Source of the DNA: Vicingaceae bacterium
GTDB taxonomy: Bacteria > Bacteroidota > Bacteroidia > Flavobacteriales_E > Vicingaceae
Assembly: GCA_037969435.1 (NCBI GenBank)
Contig: JBBKXK010000014.1
Span: forward strand, 3,526 to 67,525
Length of the DNA stretch: 64,000 nucleotides
Direction: 5' to 3'
A model generated the notes under the pieces. It was not told the DNA's origin, did no database searches, and worked only from the letters and a program-made list of their open reading frames with translations. Both the position numbers and the translations under genes were made by a program. Below are positions 44,543 to 54,416 of this stretch, piece by piece; positions within the stretch are counted from its first letter, which is position 1, and every line of letters begins with the position of its first letter.

Positions 44543-46075
44543 ATGAAATTCTTAAAATCAACAGCATTTTTATTTGTGCTTTTATCTTTTTTTGCGGTAA
44601 AAAAAAGTTACGCATGCCACCCTTTGCCTTTGGTTAATTTTAACCAAATTCAGTATATACCTGGTACAGGTTTGCAAATTAGAGCTGCTTCTGATTCACC
44701 TACCTGTGGATGTGCCGCCTATTGGTTAGACATGGAAATAAGATGTAATGGAGACATTATGAATGGAAATGGTTTATTTGCAGGTGTTTGGGATTCAATA
44801 TACTGTTTCCCTTTTTACCAATCTGCTCAAATGTTAAAACCAAATTGTGTTATTCAAGACTATCCATGGGTAACCGTTCCTGACAGTATTCTTTGTCCTG
44901 GTCAAACTTATCAATACAGAATAAGAGAAAATCACAATTTTTCTGTTGGTCCTTGGACTCCAATTATGAATTACACAATGCCCGGAACTCTTGATACAAA
45001 TTTAGGCCATTTGACAATAACTGCTGATAACAGTTCTGCTAGCCCAGTTTTCTTTTGTGGAGCAACTCAATTAGGATGGACTTTCAATGCAGGAACAGGG
45101 TGTATATCAACTGGATGTAATACAGACACTACTTACCAATGGATAGTTATCTCTGGAGAACCTATTAATGTGCCTGTGAACTTTAGTTGTGACACTTGCC
45201 CTTACCCTATTGCTTCACCAAGCATCACTACTACTTATGCCTTAAATATGTTTATTGGTGATACCAATGCTTGTGGTCACGGTGTTTATACCCAAACCCC
45301 TATAACAGTTTCGCCATTACCTTATCCAACTAATGGAATAATTAGTGCTGTCCCTGATTGCAAAAGTAATGTTCAATTAAATATTACGGGAGCATTCGAC
45401 ACTCTTCAATGGCAATCATCTATAAACAGCGGTCCTTTTAACGACTTAATTGGTGAAGACTCCAGTAATACTTTTCAATCAAATGTAGCGCCAGGGACTT
45501 GTTATCGAGTTAAAATATCTACACAATGTGCCACCATTTATTCCGATACAATCTGTCCAACCATTTTAGCCGGACCAACTGCTGCTTTTTCAACAAACCC
45601 AGCAATACAAAGTTTAAATGGTGTACCTATAACATTTACAGATAACTCTAGTGGTAATATAATAGCATGGGAATGGACGTTTGGTGATGGAGATAGCTCC
45701 AACATACAACACCCAGTTCATACTTACCAAAACCAAGGATTATACACTATTCAATTAATTGTAACTGATGCTAATGGTTGCCAAGATACCATTACAATGA
45801 GTTATTTAATTGTATCTCAAGTAATTGTTCCAAACATAATTACACCTAATGGAGATGGTCAAAATGATAACCTTGTCTTTAAAAATTTAGAATTTTACGA
45901 CAATCACCTACAAGTTTTTAACCGTTGGGGCACAATGATTTTTGAAAAAGAAAATTATCAAAACGATTGGAATGGAAACGGAATAACAGAAGGAACCTAC
46001 TTTTTTATTCTTGAGATCAAAAAAGATGATAATGAAGTTGAACTTCATAAAGGAGCAATAAACGTTTTAAGGTAA
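44543..46075 (+). CDS. T9SS type-B cargo (510 aa) sharing a Cys-rich module with the 853-aa protein; PKD domain; type-B CTD
   Basis: Signal peptide. 'FCGATQLGW...NVPVNFSCDTCPYPIASPSI'. PKD 'WEWTFGDGDSSNIQHPVHTYQNQGLYTIQLIVTDANGC'. CTD 'ITPNGDGQNDNLVF...VFNRWGTMIF...GTYFFILEI...GAINVLR'. Confidence 0.9.
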   Translation: MKFLKSTAFLFVLLSFFAVKKSYACHPLPLVNFNQIQYIPGTGLQIRAASDSPTCGCAAYWLDMEIRCNGDIMNGNGLFAGVWDSIYCFPFYQSAQMLKPNCVIQDYPWVTVPDSILCPGQTYQYRIRENHNFSVGPWTPIMNYTMPGTLDTNLGHLTITADNSSASPVFFCGATQLGWTFNAGTGCISTGCNTDTTYQWIVISGEPINVPVNFSCDTCPYPIASPSITTTYALNMFIGDTNACGHGVYTQTPITVSPLPYPTNGIISAVPDCKSNVQLNITGAFDTLQWQSSINSGPFNDLIGEDSSNTFQSNVAPGTCYRVKISTQCATIYSDTICPTILAGPTAAFSTNPAIQSLNGVPITFTDNSSGNIIAWEWTFGDGDSSNIQHPVHTYQNQGLYTIQLIVTDANGCQDTITMSYLIVSQVIVPNIITPNGDGQNDNLVFKNLEFYDNHLQVFNRWGTMIFEKENYQNDWNGNGITEGTYFFILEIKKDDNEVELHKGAINVLR

Positions 46076-46082
46076 ATATAAC

Positions 46083-46110
46083 AAGGAGCTTCAATAATTT
46101 GAAGCTCCTT
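46083..46110 (+). terminator. 12-bp hairpin terminator
   Basis: aaggagcttcaa (46083-46094) / ttgaagctcctt (46099-46110), 4-nt loop, 7 nt after the stop. Confidence 0.6.
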
Positions 46111-46185
46111 TCATTAACAACCACTTGTTTAAACTTAAAATTAAATTTAAGTATAGCTGTTTTAAATAATTTACTTTTGTAAGTG

Positions 46186-46458
46186 ATGAAAACTGACCTT
46201 TCAAACAATAAAATTAAATCACAAAAATTGGTTGTTAAACCATTCTTATCTATTAATGATTTAAGAGATAAGGATTTTAATAATCATGAATTAACACACC
46301 AAGAAAGATTAGCCTTAAAGAACTTTGATCGCTATAGAATAAATGAATTAAATAAACAAACTACAGAAAATTTATTCAATCAAAAATACTTGCATTTACA
46401 AGTAATGGCCAACCTCCACCCCTATAATGAGTTTTTAAAAGAATCTTATTTCTTGTAA
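46186..46458 (+). CDS. Hypothetical 90-aa protein
   Basis: ORF with an ATG at 46186 and a TActTTTG -7 box at 46172-46179, which implies a leaderless or very short leader. No recognisable motifs. Confidence 0.45.
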   Translation: MKTDLSNNKIKSQKLVVKPFLSINDLRDKDFNNHELTHQERLALKNFDRYRINELNKQTTENLFNQKYLHLQVMANLHPYNEFLKESYFL

Positions 46459-46503
46459 AAAGAAATATTTGTTATTTTTACAAGAAACATATCTTAATTA
46501 ATT

Positions 46504-47586
46504 ATGAAAAAATTATATACTTTTTTGATTGGTGCTTTTATTACTAGTACTGTAATTATTGCTCAACCTGTTTTAACTTCTGCTAATTTTACCCTCTCCA
46601 TTGGAGATACTCAAATGTTTCATGTGGCAGATTCTAATACATCTGTAGACCCAACTGTTGGGGCAAATGTTACTTTTAATTATGGTGGGATGCTTGGTTA
46701 TGGTGCAACTCAAACACAATATGTTATAGATCCAACTACAACTACTTATACTGGAGACTTTCCTTCAGCAACCTATGCAGATACTACTGGTGGATCTCCT
46801 ATTAACACTAATTACACTAAAGTTGAAGCAACTGACAGCTTAACAAACATTGGCTTTATTGTTGATTTACCAACCTACGGAACTGTAAAAGTTAGGTATA
46901 ATACAGACCCTGAAATTACTATGAAGTTTCCTTTTAATTTTGGAGATAATTATTCTGATAATTATTCTGGTGTTTTTACAGTTCAATCTCAAAACACTAA
47001 TGGAGAAGGAACAGCTATGGTAAGTGCTGATGCTTGGGGAACTTTAGTTTTGCCTATGGGTGTAAGTATTGATTCTGTAATAAGAATAAGAACAGTTGAA
47101 CATTTAGTTACTGATACAATTGTTATTCCTTTTCCTCCTATTACCATTTTACCTGTAGAAATTGATGCTGAATATATTAACTATTACAAACCTAGTTTGA
47201 GTAAATTTCCTTTATTATCATTTATTTCAGGAACATACACACAGGACAATAACACGTTAGATTCTTCTACAGTTGTAATTTCTCAATACCCTATGTATGG
47301 AGTAAATGTGAATGAATTAGAAACCAATTTAATTGATTTTAATTTATACCCAAACCCTACTAACAAAGAAAACGTAACATTAAGTTTAGAGTTAGAAAAA
47401 AATTCAACTTTAAAAATCGAATTACTTAATAAATTAGGTCAACACGTAAACACTATTTATAACGGAAATTCTTCCGTTGGGATAAACAAATTTGAAATTA
47501 ACACTAGCAGCTTATCTGCTGGAATTTATTTTGTTAATACGACTATAAACGGTAATACTGCGACAAAAAAGTTAGTTGTTCAATAA
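46504..47586 (+). CDS. Secreted protein with T9SS type-A (Por_Secre_tail) C-terminal sorting domain
   Basis: Signal peptide. C-terminal 'FNLYPNPTNKENVTLSLELEKNSTLKIELLNKLGQHVNTIYNG...LSAGIYFVNTTINGNTATKKLVVQ'. Confidence 0.85.
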   Translation: MKKLYTFLIGAFITSTVIIAQPVLTSANFTLSIGDTQMFHVADSNTSVDPTVGANVTFNYGGMLGYGATQTQYVIDPTTTTYTGDFPSATYADTTGGSPINTNYTKVEATDSLTNIGFIVDLPTYGTVKVRYNTDPEITMKFPFNFGDNYSDNYSGVFTVQSQNTNGEGTAMVSADAWGTLVLPMGVSIDSVIRIRTVEHLVTDTIVIPFPPITILPVEIDAEYINYYKPSLSKFPLLSFISGTYTQDNNTLDSSTVVISQYPMYGVNVNELETNLIDFNLYPNPTNKENVTLSLELEKNSTLKIELLNKLGQHVNTIYNGNSSVGINKFEINTSSLSAGIYFVNTTINGNTATKKLVVQ

Positions 47587-47602
47587 CAACAAATAACACA
47601 AT

Positions 47603-47637
47603 AAAAAAAGGGAGTTAATAATTAACTCCCTTTTTTT
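47603..47637. terminator. Bidirectional hairpin terminator (A-run / stem / T-run)
   Basis: aaaaaaa-gggagttaa...ttaactccc-ttttttt, centred at about 47620. Confidence 0.7.
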
Positions 47638-47672
47638 ATAACATTTTATATAGTTTTTACGTTCTACATATT

Positions 47673-47786
47673 ATGACTACACTTATCCATAAAATAGAAC
47701 ATTTCGAGTTATGGTTTAACAAGCATTTTGGTTGGTTTTTTATAAATGGACGAAAACAAAGTGAGAAACTTAACACAAATAGATAA
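47673..47786 (+). CDS. Candidate 37-aa small ORF (below ORF-track cutoff)
   Basis: My translation is MTTLIHKIEHFELWFNKHFGWFFINGRKQSEKLNTNR*. It fills the gap between the terminator and the convergent membrane-protein gene. No promoter motif verified. Confidence 0.25.
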   Translation: MTTLIHKIEHFELWFNKHFGWFFINGRKQSEKLNTNR

Positions 47787-47787
47787 A

Positions 47788-48621
47788 TTAATCTAAAATA
47801 GGTTTTGATTCAAATGATAATATTTTTCCAATTGGTTCAAAATTTATAAACGTTAATTCCATTTTATCATCTTTATATCTTCCATTAAATAATTGCTCAG
47901 TCCCTCTCATTATAAATACTGAATCTTCAGTTGAATAATAATATATCCCCGTCAATTTTTCATCTTTAATTTTTAACTCAATCCCGCCCTGAGGCATAAA
48001 GTATATTTGATCATTTGACTCTAATGAATCCCAACGGTTTGGATTATTCTCTAACCAATCTCCCACTAAATTGTTTTGTTCAAGAGAGTAATTATAATAT
48101 TTTTCACCAAAATACCCAATCCCAACTATAAGTATCAATGACATTATTATCGCTTCTTTTTTAGAATTAATTTTTTCGGGAATTAATTTTTTAAATACCG
48201 TCAAAATTATTCTCCAATTAAAAGCAAGCAAAATTAGATTCCCAAATAATAACAATAAAGATATTTTTATGGTTTGATTCCATAAATCTAAGCCAAAATT
48301 AACCAATACAATATTTAAAATTATTGGGAAAAGAAATAATGCTCCTAATAAATAAGTTTTACGATACATCAATAAAATTGCTCCACCCAATTCAAAACAA
48401 CCTAAAAGAATTTCAAACCATGAGTTGTAGCTTAAAAATCGCCAAGCAATTAAAGATCCTGGTATTTCAGAAAGGGGAACTTCCCAATAAGAAAAAGGAT
48501 ATATGGTAAATTGTGTTCTAAATATTTTGGTGAGGGCATATGGTAAAAGAGCAATAGCTAAAGAAAACCTAGTGGGGAAAATAATTATCCACTCTTTCAA
48601 ATTATTTGATTTAAAATACAT
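47788..48621 (-). CDS. Integral membrane protein (4-5 TM) with C-terminal soluble beta-rich domain, hypothetical
   Basis: Hydrophobic segments through about aa 185, then a soluble tail. ATG at 48621 shares one nucleotide with the ALDH TGA stop (GTGATG context), so translational coupling is likely. Confidence 0.65.
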   Translation of the reverse strand: MYFKSNNLKEWIIIFPTRFSLAIALLPYALTKIFRTQFTIYPFSYWEVPLSEIPGSLIAWRFLSYNSWFEILLGCFELGGAILLMYRKTYLLGALFLFPIILNIVLVNFGLDLWNQTIKISLLLLFGNLILLAFNWRIILTVFKKLIPEKINSKKEAIIMSLILIVGIGYFGEKYYNYSLEQNNLVGDWLENNPNRWDSLESNDQIYFMPQGGIELKIKDEKLTGIYYYSTEDSVFIMRGTEQLFNGRYKDDKMELTFINFEPIGKILSFESKPILD

Positions 48622-50063
48622 CACAACTTAACACAAACATTTTTCGGTTCGGTAAAAAAGTCTAAAGCTTCAAAACCACCTTCACGACCAATGCCAGAGT
48701 TTTTAACTCCGCCAAAAGGAGTTCTTAAATCTCTTAACAGCCAGCAGTTTATCCAAACTATACCTGCATGTATTTGCGAAGCCATTCTATGTGCTTTGGT
48801 AATATCTTGAGTCCAAACAGTAGAAGCTAATCCATAAACCGTAGAATTCGCCATCATTAACACTTCTTCTTCAGTATCAAAAGGCATTATAGTAGTTACT
48901 GGTCCAAAAATTTCTTCTTGATTTGTTCTGCAATCATAACTTAACCCTTCAATTATAGTTGGAGCAATGTAATAGCCATTTGCAAATTCTCCTGTTAATT
49001 TAACTTGATGGCCTCCAACTAAAACAGTTCCACCTTCTTCTTTTGCTAGCTCAACATAACTTAATACTTTTTCCATGTGTGGTTTTGAAACCACGGCACC
49101 TAAATTAGTAGTTTCATCTAAAGGGTTTCCAACTTTAAGTTTTTTAGTTTTTTCTACAAAGGCATCTCTAAATTTTTCATAAATCCCTCTTTGTACAAAT
49201 ATTCTAGATCCACACAAACATATCTGACCTTGATTAGCAAAAGATGAATGAACTGTTGTTTTTAAAGCTTTATCAAAATCACAATCATCAAAAATAATGT
49301 TAGGGTTTTTACCACCTAACTCTAAGGACAACTTCTTAAACATTGGTCCTGCTGTACTTATAATTTGTTTTCCTGTTACTGTCCCTCCAGTAAATGAAAT
49401 AACAGGAATATCTGTATGTTCAGTAATTGCAGCACCAACTTTATGGCCTAACCCATGCACAATATTTAAAACACCTTTAGGCAAACCTGCTTCAATACAA
49501 AGTTCTGATAAAAGATAAGCTGTATATGGCGTAACTTCAGATGGCTTAGCAACCACAGTATTACCTGCAGCTAATGCTGGAGCAATTTTCCAACTAAATA
49601 AATACAAAGGTAAATTCCATGGGGAAATACAACCACAAACCCCGATAGGTTCACGCAATGTATAATTTATAGCTGTCCCTTCCATACTATGAGCTTGCGA
49701 AGCATAATGTAAAATACCTGTAGCATAAAAATTAAAATTAGCTGCCGCTCTTGGTATATCTACCGTTTTAGCAAGAGACAAAGGCTTTCCATTGTCTTTC
49801 GATTCTGCCAAGGCCAACCTATCTAAATTATCTTCTATTAATCTTGCTAACTTTTGTAGTATTCTTGATCGAGTTTCTTTAGGTGTTTTACTCCACTCTG
49901 GGAAAGCAGCTTTTGCAGCCTTAGTCGCTAACTCAACATCTGCTGCATCTGAATCTGGAATTAAGGAATAAACCTGTCCTGTTGCCGGATTAAAATTGTC
50001 AATATATTGTCCTGCTACAGGACAAATTAACTCACCATTTATGTAATTTTTAATCTTTTCCAT
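48621..50063 (-). CDS. NAD(P)-dependent aldehyde dehydrogenase family protein
   Basis: '[11 protein letters not shown]', '[11 protein letters not shown]', catalytic Cys context '[15 protein letters not shown]', 'EEIFGPV'. Confidence 0.9.
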   Translation of the reverse strand: MEKIKNYINGELICPVAGQYIDNFNPATGQVYSLIPDSDAADVELATKAAKAAFPEWSKTPKETRSRILQKLARLIEDNLDRLALAESKDNGKPLSLAKTVDIPRAAANFNFYATGILHYASQAHSMEGTAINYTLREPIGVCGCISPWNLPLYLFSWKIAPALAAGNTVVAKPSEVTPYTAYLLSELCIEAGLPKGVLNIVHGLGHKVGAAITEHTDIPVISFTGGTVTGKQIISTAGPMFKKLSLELGGKNPNIIFDDCDFDKALKTTVHSSFANQGQICLCGSRIFVQRGIYEKFRDAFVEKTKKLKVGNPLDETTNLGAVVSKPHMEKVLSYVELAKEEGGTVLVGGHQVKLTGEFANGYYIAPTIIEGLSYDCRTNQEEIFGPVTTIMPFDTEEEVLMMANSTVYGLASTVWTQDITKAHRMASQIHAGIVWINCWLLRDLRTPFGGVKNSGIGREGGFEALDFFTEPKNVCVKL

Positions 50064-50116
50064 AACACCTATTTATAGAGTAAAGGTATTATTTTTAAAA
50101 TAATTTATTCAATTTC

Positions 50117-50148
50117 TTGGAACATATATAAAAAATTATATATATTTG
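50117..50148 (+). promoter_or_regulatory. Candidate promoter of the ArsR-led sulfur cluster (-33 TTG / -7 TAtaTTTG)
   Basis: TTG at 50117-50119, 21-nt spacer, TATATTTG at 50141-50148. ATG at 50174. Confidence 0.4.
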
Positions 50149-50173
50149 CATATAGATATATAGATGTTTAGAT

Positions 50174-50461
50174 ATGAATATAGATATTAAGAAGCTTGAA
50201 TCAGCAGCAGAAACACTTAAAGCCATTGCTCACCCTATCAGAATTTCAATAGTAGGTCTGTTAGACAAGGACAATGAGCTAAGTGTTACAGAAATTTATG
50301 AAAGTTTAAAAATAGAGCAAGCTGTTGCTTCTCATCATTTAAGTATATTAAAAAATAAAGATGTTTTAATTGTTAATCGAGTAGGTAAAAATTGTTTTTA
50401 TAAATTAAAACATCCTCAACTTTCTCAAATTATTACATGCATAGAAACTTGTCAGAAATAA
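50174..50461 (+). CDS. ArsR/SmtB-family HTH transcriptional regulator
   Basis: 'LKAIAHPIRISIVGLL...ELSVTEIYESLKIEQAVASHHLSILKNKDVL'. 95 aa. Confidence 0.85.
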   Translation: MNIDIKKLESAAETLKAIAHPIRISIVGLLDKDNELSVTEIYESLKIEQAVASHHLSILKNKDVLIVNRVGKNCFYKLKHPQLSQIITCIETCQK

Positions 50462-50482
50462 AAGAATTAAATCGAAAAAATT

Positions 50483-50950
50483 ATGAAAAACTTAGTAGGA
50501 ATAGACCAAGAAAAAGCAAAAGAATTAGCAACAATGTTAAATCAACTATTAGCAGATTATCAATTATTTTATCAAAACCTTAGAGGTCTACATTGGAACA
50601 TAAAAGGACGAGAATTTTTTGAATTACACTTAAAATTTGAAGAGTTATATAATGATGCAATAATTAAAGTAGATGAAATAGCCGAACGTATTTTAACTTT
50701 AGAAGGAGAACCACTTCACACTTTTTCTGATTACTTAAAAACTTCACAGATTAAAGAGGAAAAAGGTGTTACAAATGGAATTGATGGCGTTAAAGTGGTG
50801 GTTAACAACTTCTCTACTTTAATTATATTAGAAAGAGAAATTTTAGCAAAAGCAAGTAACGCTGATGACGAAGGGACAGTTAGTTTAATGAGTGATTATA
50901 TTTCGCAGACGGAAAAAACACTTTGGATGTTAAACTCATATCTAAAATAA
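50483..50950 (+). CDS. dps: Dps-family DNA-protection/ferritin-like protein
   Basis: 'YQNLRGLHWNIKGREFFELHLKFEELY...DEIAERILTLEG'. Confidence 0.9.
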   Translation: MKNLVGIDQEKAKELATMLNQLLADYQLFYQNLRGLHWNIKGREFFELHLKFEELYNDAIIKVDEIAERILTLEGEPLHTFSDYLKTSQIKEEKGVTNGIDGVKVVVNNFSTLIILEREILAKASNADDEGTVSLMSDYISQTEKTLWMLNSYLK

Positions 50951-50953
50951 TTA

Positions 50954-51745
50954 ATGGAGTATTTAGGTTACTTTTTAGCAATTTTAGTAGGGTTATGTTC
51001 AGGCTTAATAGGCGCTGGAGGATCAATTCTTACTATACCAATATTGGTTTATGTACTTGGGGTAGAAGCTGCTGTTACAGCTCCCGCATACTCTCTATTT
51101 ATTGTTGGTTTTGCTAGTTTTATAGGCACTTTTTTAAAAAACAAAAAAAATGAAGTGAATTTTAAAGCCGCTTTATTTTTTGGAATACCAACAATAATAG
51201 GAATATATATAACCAGAAAATTTGGAGTGCCCTTAATTCCTGATGTTCTTTTTGAAGTAAATTCCTTTATGCTAACAAAACGACTATTAATAATGGGGGT
51301 TTTTGCCATCATTATGATTGCTGCAGCTATTATTATGATTAGAGGCCCATTAAATGTAAACTCTAATAAAACCAGCAAAAACATAAACATAACAAGTTTT
51401 ATAGGAGGCTTAATTGTTGGCGGATTGAGTGGATTGGTTGGTGCTGGAGGGGGGTTTTTAATTATTCCTGCATTAATTAAATTTAAAAAAATGGATATGA
51501 AAATTGCTATAGGAACTTCATTAGCAATAATAACACTTAATTCGTTTTTTGGCTTTGTTGGAAGTATTGGAACAACTACAATAAACTGGCAAATGCTATT
51601 AATATTTACTGCCATTGCAACTTTAGGAATCGTTATCGGAAATCAATTTTCTAAAAAAGTAAACAGTCAAAATCTAAAAAAAGGATTCGGGTGGTTTGTA
51701 CTCTTCATGGGTGCTTTTATAATACTTAAAGAAATAATAAATTAA
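50954..51745 (+). CDS. TauE/SafE-family sulfite/anion exporter
   Basis: Eight-TM-like profile with duplicated 'G.GGG...P' motifs ('GLIGAGGSILTIPIL', 'GLVGAGGGFLIIPAL'). Confidence 0.85.
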   Translation: MEYLGYFLAILVGLCSGLIGAGGSILTIPILVYVLGVEAAVTAPAYSLFIVGFASFIGTFLKNKKNEVNFKAALFFGIPTIIGIYITRKFGVPLIPDVLFEVNSFMLTKRLLIMGVFAIIMIAAAIIMIRGPLNVNSNKTSKNINITSFIGGLIVGGLSGLVGAGGGFLIIPALIKFKKMDMKIAIGTSLAIITLNSFFGFVGSIGTTTINWQMLLIFTAIATLGIVIGNQFSKKVNSQNLKKGFGWFVLFMGAFIILKEIIN

Positions 51746-51755
51746 ACTAATAATT

Positions 51756-53156
51756 ATGTACGTAAAACAATTATACACGGGGTGCTTAGCAGAAGCTGCT
51801 TATTACATTGAATCAAACGGAGAGGCTGCGATAATTGATCCTATAAGAGAAACTGAACCTTACACTGCATTGGCAGCTGAACGAGGGGCAAAAATAAAAT
51901 ACGTTTTTGAAACACATTTTCATGCTGATTTTGTTTCAGGTCATATCGATTTAGCCAAAAAAGTTGGTGCAACAATCGTTTATGGGCCAACTGCAAATCC
52001 TTCTTATGATGTTCATGTTGGAACAGACAATGAAGAATTTAAAATTGGTGATGTTACCATCAAATTATTACATACTCCTGGGCATACTCCCGAATCTTCC
52101 ACTTACTTATTGATTGATGAAAATGGAAAAGAAGAGGCTATTTTTACTGGAGACACCTTATTTTTAGGAGATGTTGGAAGGCCTGACCTTGCTATCAAAT
52201 CTGATATAACGGAAAAAGATTTAGCAGGAATGTTATTTGATTCTTTAAGAAACAAAATAATGCCTTTAGCTGATGATGTTACTGTTTACCCTGGTCATGG
52301 AGCTGGTTCAGCTTGTGGAAAAAGCATGAGTAGTGAAACCATAGGAACTTTAGGAGACCAAAAAAAGACAAACTATGCGCTTCGTGCAAATATGACAAGG
52401 GAAGAATTTATTACAGAAGTTTTAGATGGTATATCAGCCCCCCCACAATACTTCCCTAAAAATGCAATGCTAAACAAAACTGGTTATAAAAGCATTGATG
52501 ATATTATGACCTCAAGCGTCAAAGCTCTATCATTAAATGATTTTGAAAACAACTTGTCTGACGCTTTAATACTTGATACACGATCTAATTTAGATTTTGT
52601 AAAAGGGTTTATTCCTAATGCAATATCTATTGGAATAAATGGATCTTTTGCAGTATGGGTAGGAGCTTTAATTGAAGATTTACACCAAAAAATTATGATT
52701 ATAGCAGATGAAGGAAAAGAAGAAGAAGTAGTATTAAGATTAGCTCGTGTTGGTTATGATAATTGTATAGGTTATTTAGAAGGTGGGGTTGAAACTTGGA
52801 AAAATGCAGGAAAAGAAATAGATACTATTGAATCTATTCAAGCTTCAAAATTAAAAGCCCGTTTAAATGAAACAAGCCAAATAGTAGATGTAAGAAAGCC
52901 TGGGGAGTATGATGCTGAGCATGTTGAAGGAGCCATAAGTTTCCCTTTAGATTCCATTAATAATCATCTTACTGATTTAGATGCTGAAAAGGAACAATTA
53001 GTTCATTGTAAAAGCGGATACCGATCAGTTATTGCAGCTTCAATATTAAAAAAACAAGGTTATAAAAATGTTGTTGATATTGCTGGTGGATTTCAAGCAA
53101 TTAGTGAAGACGCTTCATTACCTATAACGGCATTTGTTTGTCCTTCAACTTTATAA
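51756..53156 (+). CDS. MBL-fold hydrolase (persulfide-dioxygenase-like) fused to two rhodanese domains
   Basis: 'ETHFHADFVSGH', 'HTPGHTPES', 'GDTLFLGDVGRPDL', 'YPGHGAGSACG'. C-terminal rhodanese with active-site loop 'HCKSGYRS'. Confidence 0.85.
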   Translation: MYVKQLYTGCLAEAAYYIESNGEAAIIDPIRETEPYTALAAERGAKIKYVFETHFHADFVSGHIDLAKKVGATIVYGPTANPSYDVHVGTDNEEFKIGDVTIKLLHTPGHTPESSTYLLIDENGKEEAIFTGDTLFLGDVGRPDLAIKSDITEKDLAGMLFDSLRNKIMPLADDVTVYPGHGAGSACGKSMSSETIGTLGDQKKTNYALRANMTREEFITEVLDGISAPPQYFPKNAMLNKTGYKSIDDIMTSSVKALSLNDFENNLSDALILDTRSNLDFVKGFIPNAISIGINGSFAVWVGALIEDLHQKIMIIADEGKEEEVVLRLARVGYDNCIGYLEGGVETWKNAGKEIDTIESIQASKLKARLNETSQIVDVRKPGEYDAEHVEGAISFPLDSINNHLTDLDAEKEQLVHCKSGYRSVIAASILKKQGYKNVVDIAGGFQAISEDASLPITAFVCPSTL

Positions 53157-53159
53157 AAT

Positions 53160-53714
53160 ATGGATTTAATAAATGAGCCTTGGCCTTGGTATGTTGCAGG
53201 TCCTTTAATTGGACTTTTTATACCTTTATTATTAGTTGTTGGAAACAAATCTTTTGGTATTTCCTCTAGCTTTAAACATATCTGTGCTGCATGTTTACCA
53301 GTTAAAAAAATTGAATTTTTTAATTACAATTGGAAAGCTCAAAGCTGGAATATTTTTTTAGTCATTGGAGTTTTCTTTGGAGCATTAATAACAGGTCTAT
53401 TAATCAATCTGAATTATGAAATTGGAATCAGCCCCGAAACTAAAAATACTTTAATAATGCTAGGGATTTCAAACTTTAACGGATTTATTCCTAGTGATTT
53501 ATTTAGTTGGGAAACCTTGTCCTTAAAATCTTTATTTATCTTAATTGGTGGTGGTTTTTTAGTTGGGTTTGGAACACGTTATTCCAATGGGTGTACTTCT
53601 GGGCATGCCATCATGGGGTTGTCATTATTAAGTTTTGGTTCATTAATAGCCGTAATTGGATTTTTTATTGGTGGCCTTTTAATGACACACATTTTATTCC
53701 CTTTTATCTTTTAA
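53160..53714 (+). CDS. YeeE/YedE-family sulfur-compound transporter subunit
   Basis: Polytopic membrane protein with 'GFGTRYSNGCTSGH', the conserved Cys motif of the family. Confidence 0.8.
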   Translation: MDLINEPWPWYVAGPLIGLFIPLLLVVGNKSFGISSSFKHICAACLPVKKIEFFNYNWKAQSWNIFLVIGVFFGALITGLLINLNYEIGISPETKNTLIMLGISNFNGFIPSDLFSWETLSLKSLFILIGGGFLVGFGTRYSNGCTSGHAIMGLSLLSFGSLIAVIGFFIGGLLMTHILFPFIF

Positions 53715-53717
53715 AAA

Positions 53718-54128
53718 ATGAAAAATATTAAATTTTTAATACTCGGTGCCATTTTCGGAATAATTCTAATTAAATCAGAAGTTGTTTCTTGGTTTAGAAT
53801 TCAAGAGATGTTTCGATTTCAGTCATTCCACATGTATGGAATAATAGGTTCTGCAATTATAATAGGTGCGATAAGTATTCTTATCATCAAAAAATTAAAC
53901 ATTAAAACCATAAAAGGAGAAACCATTAATCCAACAGCAAAACCTTTTCAGAAAAGTAATTTAATTGGCGGTGTAATTTTCGGATTAGGCTGGGCATTAA
54001 TAGGAGCTTGCCCAGGCCCGCTATATGCGTTAGTAGGAGCTGGAAACACTATAATTATTTTACCAATTATTGGAGCATTTATAGGTGTTCTTATTTATGG
54101 GGTATTAAAAAATAAATTACCACATTAA
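53718..54128 (+). CDS. YeeE/YedE-like membrane protein (second half-transporter; DUF6691 by recollection)
   Basis: 4 TM segments, 'GLGWALIGACPGP'. Confidence 0.7.
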   Translation: MKNIKFLILGAIFGIILIKSEVVSWFRIQEMFRFQSFHMYGIIGSAIIIGAISILIIKKLNIKTIKGETINPTAKPFQKSNLIGGVIFGLGWALIGACPGPLYALVGAGNTIIILPIIGAFIGVLIYGVLKNKLPH

Positions 54129-54138
54129 AAATATAAAA

Positions 54139-54414
54139 ATGGAAAATATAAATTTAAATTTAAAAGAAGCAACAATAATTGACGTAAGAGAACCTTTTGA
54201 GTTCCAAATGGGAAAAGTAGAGGGGTCAATCAATATTCCTTTAGGCCAAATCCCTGAAAAAATAGAAGAATTAAAAAATATGAAAAAACCATTAGTACTT
54301 TGTTGTGCATCTGGAAACAGAAGCGAACAGGCAACTCAATTTTTAAAAGCGAATGATTTTGAAGACGTTCACAATGGAGGAGCTTGGAAAATGGTACAAA
54401 TCCAAATGATATAA
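54139..54414 (+). CDS. Single-domain rhodanese sulfurtransferase
   Basis: Active-site loop 'CCASGNRS'. Confidence 0.85.
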   Translation: MENINLNLKEATIIDVREPFEFQMGKVEGSINIPLGQIPEKIEELKNMKKPLVLCCASGNRSEQATQFLKANDFEDVHNGGAWKMVQIQMI

Positions 54415-54416
54415 CT

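Noticed and set aside
50923-53731. Overlapping or antisense ORFs in the sulfur cluster (50923-51117, 51049-51615, 53507-53731)
   Set aside because: They are out-of-frame or antisense shadows of membrane-protein genes (TauE, YeeE) with clear family motifs in the chosen frames.
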